Shown piece by piece: positions 58,683 to 64,000 of a DNA stretch of 64,000 bases (position 1 is the stretch's first letter; each line of letters opens with the position of its first letter). The notes beneath the pieces were generated by a model that saw nothing but the letters and a program-made list of their open reading frames with translations, was not told the DNA's origin and searched no databases. The translations under genes and the position numbers were made by a program. Source of the stretch: Legionella sp. (GTDB taxonomy: Bacteria > Pseudomonadota > Gammaproteobacteria > Legionellales > Legionellaceae); NCBI GenBank assembly GCA_041662885.1, contig JBAZRP010000002.1, positions 14,118 to 78,117 on the forward strand. The letters are read 5' to 3'.

Positions 58683-59321
58683 TCAAACCACCGTATTCAA
58701 AAACCCCACATAATCATAACTTTTTTGTTTTCCGAATAAAGCCAAGCTAATACTCTCAACCAAACTTTGCGATTTTCCCTCAATACAAGCGCTATAATAA
58801 ATTTTATGTTCCACCTCAAGTCTAGCTAGTTCCAATTTAATACGTGGTTCTGTATCGAATTTATAAGTATAGGATTCCTTAGTTACATGAACAATTTTCG
58901 CGCTCATCGCCTGTTTTAGTAAGCCACATAAAAATTCAGGATTATAATCTTTGGGATAATCTTCCGATTGCTCCAAATCAATCTTACGTCCAAATCCATT
59001 AGCGATGGAAGATTGATGTAACAGCGGTTTATACAAAATCCGTTCATGACGGCGTTTAATATTGAAATTACTTTTCGGTATTAAATAATAGTCATCTTGC
59101 TTTTGCTTTTTCTTGTATAGATTTAAATCGAGCAGCCCAGGATCAATAATATTCAAACAAATTACTTCATTATGTGGCCAAAAAAAACGTGCTTCCCATT
59201 TGAGCGTATCTTTCTGATCTTGCGCAAAATTCAAGGGTTTTTCTGTGGGTTTGGAATAAGCAAAATTCCAAATAAGTTGTTGAGTCATGTTATTCCAAGG
59301 GACACTCGCAAAATGCACCAT
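58683..59321 (-). CDS. Hypothetical protein (212 aa)
   Basis: Uninterrupted ORF upstream of and co-directional with the CHR gene and ppk. No family confidently recognised. The start could also be M12 (59288). Confidence 0.6.
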   Translation of the reverse strand: MVHFASVPWNNMTQQLIWNFAYSKPTEKPLNFAQDQKDTLKWEARFFWPHNEVICLNIIDPGLLDLNLYKKKQKQDDYYLIPKSNFNIKRRHERILYKPLLHQSSIANGFGRKIDLEQSEDYPKDYNPEFLCGLLKQAMSAKIVHVTKESYTYKFDTEPRIKLELARLEVEHKIYYSACIEGKSQSLVESISLALFGKQKSYDYVGFLNTVV

Positions 59322-59381
59322 AAAGGGTATATACTAACAATCTAACCTGCATTTAAAAAAAAAGCAAAGGAAGGTGTTTTA

Positions 59382-61820
59382 ATGGCTATCACTTTATTTC
59401 TAATCTATTTAATATTTACTTTAATGTCCTTATATCGAGCAGACAACCCTATTATTTGGGAAGTCGGATCGGCGATTTATTTAATCATCGCTACTTTTTA
59501 TTTGGGTATGCCCTGGTTTTTTGGACTCTTGCTATGGACTACTGTTATCGTGGCGTTATTAATCTTACAAGTGGAACCAGTTCGTGCGTTCATTGCAGAT
59601 TATTTGTTTAAAGTAGCCGGGAAATCCATTCCTAAATTATCTAAAACCGAAGAACAAGCTTTAAATGCAGGTGATACTTGGTTGGAACAAGATATATTTG
59701 TGGGCAAACCGGATTGGGATCGATTAGCAAGTATTGCTACAGAGCTTTCCGCTGAAGAACAATCATTTTTGGATAATGAAACGTGTACCTTATGCAGTAT
59801 GTTGGATGATTGGGAAATCAATCAAGATTTGGATCTGCCGCCTAAGGTATGGACTTATATTAAAGAAAAAGGTTTTTTTGGTTTGGTAATTCCGAAAGAG
59901 TATGGTGGAAAAGGTTTTTCTGCACGCGCTCATTCTGATGTAGTTATGAAAATTGCCAGCCGCTCGGGTTCTGCAGCGGTAACTGTTATGGTGCCAAATT
60001 CTCTAGGCCCAGGTGAATTAATTAATTATTACGGAACCCCTGAACAAAAATCTTATTATTTGCCTAGATTAGCCAAAGGAATAGACATTCCTTGTTTTGC
60101 ATTAACTGAACCAGGAGCAGGTAGTGACGCTACTTCTATTCAATCTGATGCAGTTGTTGTAAACAAGAAAATTGATGGAAAAACAGTGCTTGGTTTACAG
60201 CTCAATTTGGATAAACGCTGGATTACTTTAGCACCTGTTGCCACCTTAATCGGCTTGGCAGTTAATTTAAAAGATCCTGATGGTTTATTAAATGGTGAGG
60301 GTAGCGAAGGAATTACTTGTTTATTAATTCCGCGTGATACACCAAATCTTGAAATTGGTAATCGTCATTTACCTGCTAATCAGGCCTTTATGAATGGAAC
60401 GGTGCGTGGTAAAGATATTTTTGTACCAATTGACACCATTATTGGTGGTCAGAAAAATGCTGGCGGTGGTTGGCAAATGTTAGTCGAGTGTTTGTCTATA
60501 GGTCGTTCTATTTCCTTACCAGCTTTGGGCGCTGCATCCTCGTCGATTTCTTATCTCACAGCCGGAGCCTTTGCACGTATTCGCCGACAGTTTAATGTGG
60601 AAATTGCCCTATTCGAGGGTATTGCTGAAAAACTAGCTGAAATTGCTGGTTTGAATTATTTAGTGAATGCTACTCGCTTATTAACCGTTGCGGCGGTGAA
60701 TGAACATAAAAAACCTTCTGTAGCTTCAGCGATTACGAAATATTTTAATACCGAATTAGCCCGTATAGCAGTTGGAAATGCTATGGATGTACATGCTGGA
60801 CGCGCAGTAGTTTTGGGTCCTCGTAATTATTTGGCAGCCGCCTATCAATCAGTACCAATCTCCATTACGGTTGAGGGTGCCAATGTTATGTCGCGCAATC
60901 TGCTAATTTTTGGACAAGGGTCTATGGCCTGCCATCCTTTTATTCGTGACGAGTTTTATGCCGTTTCCAATAATGAGAAAGAAGTTTTCAAAACCCTAAT
61001 TTGGAAGCATATTTATTATTTTATGCAAAATTTAGCAAAAACAATTTGTTCTGCCTGGACCGGTGGCCATTTTATTAGTACACCCGATAATTCCATGCGT
61101 CGTAATTATCAAAAGTTAGCTCGTTTAAGTTATGCCTATTCTTGGTTAGCAGACTTATCATTAATTGTCTTAGGTGGTGATTTAAAACGTAAAGAACGTC
61201 TCTCTGCCCGCTTGGCTGATGGTATGTCTTATTTATACATGGCTATGGCCGCTTTGCGTGCAGTGCAAGTGAATGGCGATGATAAGGACGAGCAAGTTCA
61301 TGCTCAATGGGCGGTAACTTATTGTTTTTATCAAGCTCAAAAAGCCATGATAGGGTTGTGCCAAAATTTCCCATCCAGAGTTTTAGGCCTTATTGCCCGA
61401 TTAGTAGCGTTTCCTTTTGGTCAAACCATGCACCAGCCTTCAGATAAATTAGATCATAAATTGGCGCGTTTGATGACTGAGAATAATCATTACCGTAATC
61501 GCATTAAAGACTTAATTTATTTAAGTAAAGATCCTACCCAACCAGTGGATCGTATGGAACATGCTTTGCAATCAATCATTAAAACAGATGCCTTAAATTC
61601 TAAGATCAGTGATTTAAAACGATTTAAATACACGCAACTTAATGAAAAATTACAAGAAAAAGTAGCTAAGGGCGAGCTTAGCCAGGAAGAAATGCAGGAG
61701 TTGGTGGCGATGGAAGAGGCGCGTTGGGATGCAATCCTGGTCGATGAATTTACTTTTGATTCAATGAAAAAGAAAAATTTTGACTCAGTGATTGGCAATA
61801 TAAAATCACCATTAAAATAA
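59382..61820 (+). CDS. fadE: Acyl-CoA dehydrogenase FadE (long, membrane-anchored type)
   Basis: 812 aa with N-terminal TM helices, an acyl-CoA dehydrogenase core ('CFALTEPGAGSD', 'EGANVMSRNL') and the FadE C-terminal domain. Confidence 0.95.
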   Translation: MAITLFLIYLIFTLMSLYRADNPIIWEVGSAIYLIIATFYLGMPWFFGLLLWTTVIVALLILQVEPVRAFIADYLFKVAGKSIPKLSKTEEQALNAGDTWLEQDIFVGKPDWDRLASIATELSAEEQSFLDNETCTLCSMLDDWEINQDLDLPPKVWTYIKEKGFFGLVIPKEYGGKGFSARAHSDVVMKIASRSGSAAVTVMVPNSLGPGELINYYGTPEQKSYYLPRLAKGIDIPCFALTEPGAGSDATSIQSDAVVVNKKIDGKTVLGLQLNLDKRWITLAPVATLIGLAVNLKDPDGLLNGEGSEGITCLLIPRDTPNLEIGNRHLPANQAFMNGTVRGKDIFVPIDTIIGGQKNAGGGWQMLVECLSIGRSISLPALGAASSSISYLTAGAFARIRRQFNVEIALFEGIAEKLAEIAGLNYLVNATRLLTVAAVNEHKKPSVASAITKYFNTELARIAVGNAMDVHAGRAVVLGPRNYLAAAYQSVPISITVEGANVMSRNLLIFGQGSMACHPFIRDEFYAVSNNEKEVFKTLIWKHIYYFMQNLAKTICSAWTGGHFISTPDNSMRRNYQKLARLSYAYSWLADLSLIVLGGDLKRKERLSARLADGMSYLYMAMAALRAVQVNGDDKDEQVHAQWAVTYCFYQAQKAMIGLCQNFPSRVLGLIARLVAFPFGQTMHQPSDKLDHKLARLMTENNHYRNRIKDLIYLSKDPTQPVDRMEHALQSIIKTDALNSKISDLKRFKYTQLNEKLQEKVAKGELSQEEMQELVAMEEARWDAILVDEFTFDSMKKKNFDSVIGNIKSPLK

Positions 61821-61990
61821 ACTACATGGCCCAATTTTCCCTTCTCCCTCAGGTAGAAGGCGCCCGTCAGGGCGGATGAGGGGAGCTTTGGTTAAAATCA
61901 TTAAAATAAACTACGTGGCCCAATTTTCCCTTCTCCCTCAGGGAGAAGGTGCCCGTCAGGGCGGATGAGGGGACCTTTGGTTAAAATCAT
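61801..61990. repeat. Tandem direct repeat (2 units of ~90 bp plus a 9-bp start of a third), each unit containing the 'cccttctccctc' double-hairpin REP
   Basis: Unit 1 is 61801-61892 and unit 2 is 61893-61981, followed by 'taaaatcat'. Unit 1 begins inside the last codons and stop of fadE ('taaaatcaccattaaaataaactacatggcccaatttt'), which recurs as 'taaaatca-ttaaaataaactacgtggcccaatttt'. Confidence 0.85.
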
Positions 61991-62106
61991 TTGTATGTTT
62001 TTCGTAAAGAAAAGATAGCTAAAAAGCCAAGTGTGCATTCTTTGCTATAATTATACTAAATAGTGTTAGCAGTTGCCCCTATAAATAATTGTAAGAGAGT
62101 TAAAAA

Positions 62107-63000
62107 ATGTATGAAAAGAGAATTCCGGATGGTCCAGCAATTAATGCTGCAGTTGAGGTAGCTAAGTCAGGTAGCAATCCTTTAACTTTAGCGATGTTCT
62201 ATTTGCGTAGAAGATTTGATAAGGCATTAGCCGCTCATAAAGATGCGCAAAAGGAAACTGGCGAGAGTTTGAAAAATTTACATCTTAAAATTAATAACGA
62301 GATGAATAATCCAGTTTCTCCTGAAATGATAGAGAATCCACCAAAAGATGATGATTGGATCCTAACCTCCAGTAGACAGCTGAGAAGTTCTTGGGACGCA
62401 CAAGCTCCTCTTAGTCCAACTGAGAATCTGATTGTTAATACTGTATACGATGCTAAAGAAATCATATCCAATAATGAAAATGAGGTATCAGATGTCCAAT
62501 TTGACTTTGCTGCCACGAATGAGGGCGAGTTGGTTCGTGCCTGGACTGAAAATAATCAACCCTTATCGGATAAAAATATTCTGGCAATGGACAACTTATT
62601 TACCTCCTGGTTGAAAGCCAATGGTGCAGAGATGAATGCTGAACAAAGATTGCAAGCAATCCAACATGGCGCTCAGGATCCAATTATTATTACCAAAGAA
62701 TGGCCAGAATGGCTTGGTACTAAAATCAACGATTTATCCGATGGTTTTGAAAAATTTCTAGATGATCATGATATAAATGTGAATCTTACTATTGTACAGA
62801 ATGAATTCCCCGGTCAAGAACTAGAAGCTGCAGTAACTGAAGATGAAGCCAGTACACCTCAGCAAACAGCAGCAGAAGAAAAGAGAAACCAAGATCTCAT
62901 TGAGCAATATCTACAACAAGCGCTTAGTCAGCAAGAAACCGATGACGAGTTTACTCGTTTAGCAGACATGGCTGAGAACGTGAGTCAAGGAAGGAAATAA
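62107..63000 (+). CDS. Hypothetical acidic protein (orphan; effector-like)
   Basis: 297 aa with 'agagagttaaaaaATG' context. No family recognised. It is Glu/Asp/Gln-rich and its 3' end overlaps convergent murU by 50 nt. Confidence 0.65.
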   Translation: MYEKRIPDGPAINAAVEVAKSGSNPLTLAMFYLRRRFDKALAAHKDAQKETGESLKNLHLKINNEMNNPVSPEMIENPPKDDDWILTSSRQLRSSWDAQAPLSPTENLIVNTVYDAKEIISNNENEVSDVQFDFAATNEGELVRAWTENNQPLSDKNILAMDNLFTSWLKANGAEMNAEQRLQAIQHGAQDPIIITKEWPEWLGTKINDLSDGFEKFLDDHDINVNLTIVQNEFPGQELEAAVTEDEASTPQQTAAEEKRNQDLIEQYLQQALSQQETDDEFTRLADMAENVSQGRK

Positions 63001-63646
63001 GTTCATTTAATCTATCTAAAGAGCCTATATCATGCCAAATGCCGTGAAATAGGCTTCCAGTTACCTGTTTATCCTCAACATACGATCTAAGCAAGGGAGG
63101 TAAACCATAGCGCCCTTGTTTTAAGTCCGCAAATACTTGTGGATGGTAACAAGCTATGCCGGGGAAAGTATATTCACGATTCGTATTAGTTAGCATTCCA
63201 TTATCCACTAATCCAAAATCACCATGATGATTCAAAGCTGGATTTTTATTAACTAAAACTAAATGAATGCAATCAAAGGATTGCTTACGCAAACTGGCAA
63301 AGTCAAAATCAGTATAAATATCAGCATTAACAGTTACAAAAGGATCTTTACCTAATAGAGGCAGCGCCTTCACAATCCCACCAGCAGTTTCAAGACCGCC
63401 TGGAGGCTCTGGTGAATAAACAATTTCAACGCCCCATTTACTGCCATCACCTAAATAATTACGAATTTTACCGCCTAAATAGGCATGATTAACAACCAAG
63501 CGTTCAAAACCGGATTTAGCTAAATTAATCACATGATGCTCTATTAGCGGCTTATTATTTACCACACATAAAGCTTTAGGAATGGCATCGGTAATTGGTT
63601 TCAAGCGTTCACCGCGGCCTGCAGATAGAATCATTGCAACTTTCAT
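62951..63646 (-). CDS. murU: N-acetylmuramate alpha-1-phosphate uridylyltransferase MurU (nucleotidyltransferase family)
   Basis: 231 aa with 'AMILSAGRGERLKPITDAIPKAL' (the sugar-nucleotidyltransferase G-x-G-x-R motif). It is coupled to an upstream AmgK-like kinase gene. Confidence 0.85.
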   Translation of the reverse strand: MKVAMILSAGRGERLKPITDAIPKALCVVNNKPLIEHHVINLAKSGFERLVVNHAYLGGKIRNYLGDGSKWGVEIVYSPEPPGGLETAGGIVKALPLLGKDPFVTVNADIYTDFDFASLRKQSFDCIHLVLVNKNPALNHHGDFGLVDNGMLTNTNREYTFPGIACYHPQVFADLKQGRYGLPPLLRSYVEDKQVTGSLFHGIWHDIGSLDRLNELISFLDSRSQPCLLNE

Positions 63647-64000
63647 GGTAAATAGACTCGTTTTTGTATTAATTCGAATAAGGGACGTAATTCAGTATAA
63701 CTTTCAGCACAATCAAGCACATACTTTAAAGTTAAGGGTAAGTCTTTAATATAGCCGTTTTTATTATCGCGTAATTTTAACCGACCAAAAACTCCTAAAA
63801 CCTTTAAATGTCTTTGGATGCCACACAAGTCGAAAGCGCGAATAAATTCGGACAAAGATTGGGTTTGTGCCAGGGGATTGTTATTATAAAAAAACTCAAT
63901 CCACGCTAAAACTTTCGCTCTTGGCCAGGAGATGTAACAATCCTTTAATAAAGACACTAAATCATAAGTTATTGGCCCGCGCATGGCGTCCTGAAAATCA
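63643..64000 (-). CDS. amgK: Anomeric MurNAc/GlcNAc kinase AmgK-like (aminoglycoside phosphotransferase fold), C-terminal part; gene continues beyond the window end
   Basis: The frame is open to the window edge ('…DFQDAMRGPITYDLVSLLKDCYISWP…'). The 'DFQDA…GP..YDL.SLL.D' motif is typical of this kinase family. It overlaps the murU start by 4 nt. Confidence 0.75.
   Translation of the reverse strand, partial: DFQDAMRGPITYDLVSLLKDCYISWPRAKVLAWIEFFYNNNPLAQTQSLSEFIRAFDLCGIQRHLKVLGVFGRLKLRDNKNGYIKDLPLTLKYVLDCAESYTELRPLFELIQKRVYLP

Noticed and set aside
58683-59321. Idea that the 212-aa orphan upstream of ppk is a CYTH/triphosphate-tunnel enzyme ('KWEARFFW' resembling the ExExK start motif).
   Set aside because: Only one weak motif resemblance supports it, and the remaining CYTH acidic and basic motifs were not evident by eye. 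The protein is left as hypothetical. A profile search could revisit this.
61801-61990. CRISPR-like array.
   Set aside because: There are only two full ~90-bp units directly abutting with no spacers. The units are a dispersed REP family, and there are no cas genes in the window.
1-64000. Mobile genetic elements, prophage, integrons, toxin-antitoxin or known defence systems.
   Set aside because: No transposase, integrase, recombinase, phage structural, restriction-modification, Cas or other recognisable defence-type ORFs were seen on either strand. Only short non-autonomous REP-like repeats are present.

Overview
This is an AT-rich chromosomal segment. Gene content and repeat style look like a Legionellales-type gammaproteobacterium, but I cannot verify the taxon without a search. 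About 55 protein genes fill the window, and most are recognisable housekeeping genes. They include an aa3-type cytochrome c oxidase operon with a multi-haem cytochrome c, parB-parA-rsmG-mnmG, queC, ubiX and a tightly coupled metG/rnfB-like/nth block. Also present are glmU, ansA, the conserved rppH-ptsP-(tauE)-lgt-thyA block, glutathione peroxidase, beta-carbonic anhydrase, an RND efflux operon, ltaE, an SDR, efp/epmB, ppk1, fadE and murU/amgK. About ten orphan ORFs with no family I recognise are scattered among them. Several have paired hydrophobic helices, coiled coils and Glu/Ser-rich C-termini, which is the pattern of type IVB (Dot/Icm) substrates. I found no rRNA, tRNA, CRISPR array, transposase, integrase or phage genes. 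Intergenic DNA carries at least four families of short palindromic (REP/MITE-like) elements, often between convergent genes. The most unusual locus is at 36.1-44.2 kb. It holds a DUF1611/DgcN-like gene, an enolase-superfamily dipeptide/N-acyl-amino-acid epimerase, a 1604-aa protein made of two tandem glutamine-dependent NAD-synthetase-like modules (N-terminal module decayed, C-terminal module intact), and a eukaryote-like TTL-type ATP-grasp ligase. Second in interest is a pair of tiny tandem paralogous exported proteins at 53.8-54.3 kb with extreme His/Arg/Tyr/Trp and Gly/Tyr/Asn tails. All family assignments come from motif recognition by eye and need database confirmation.
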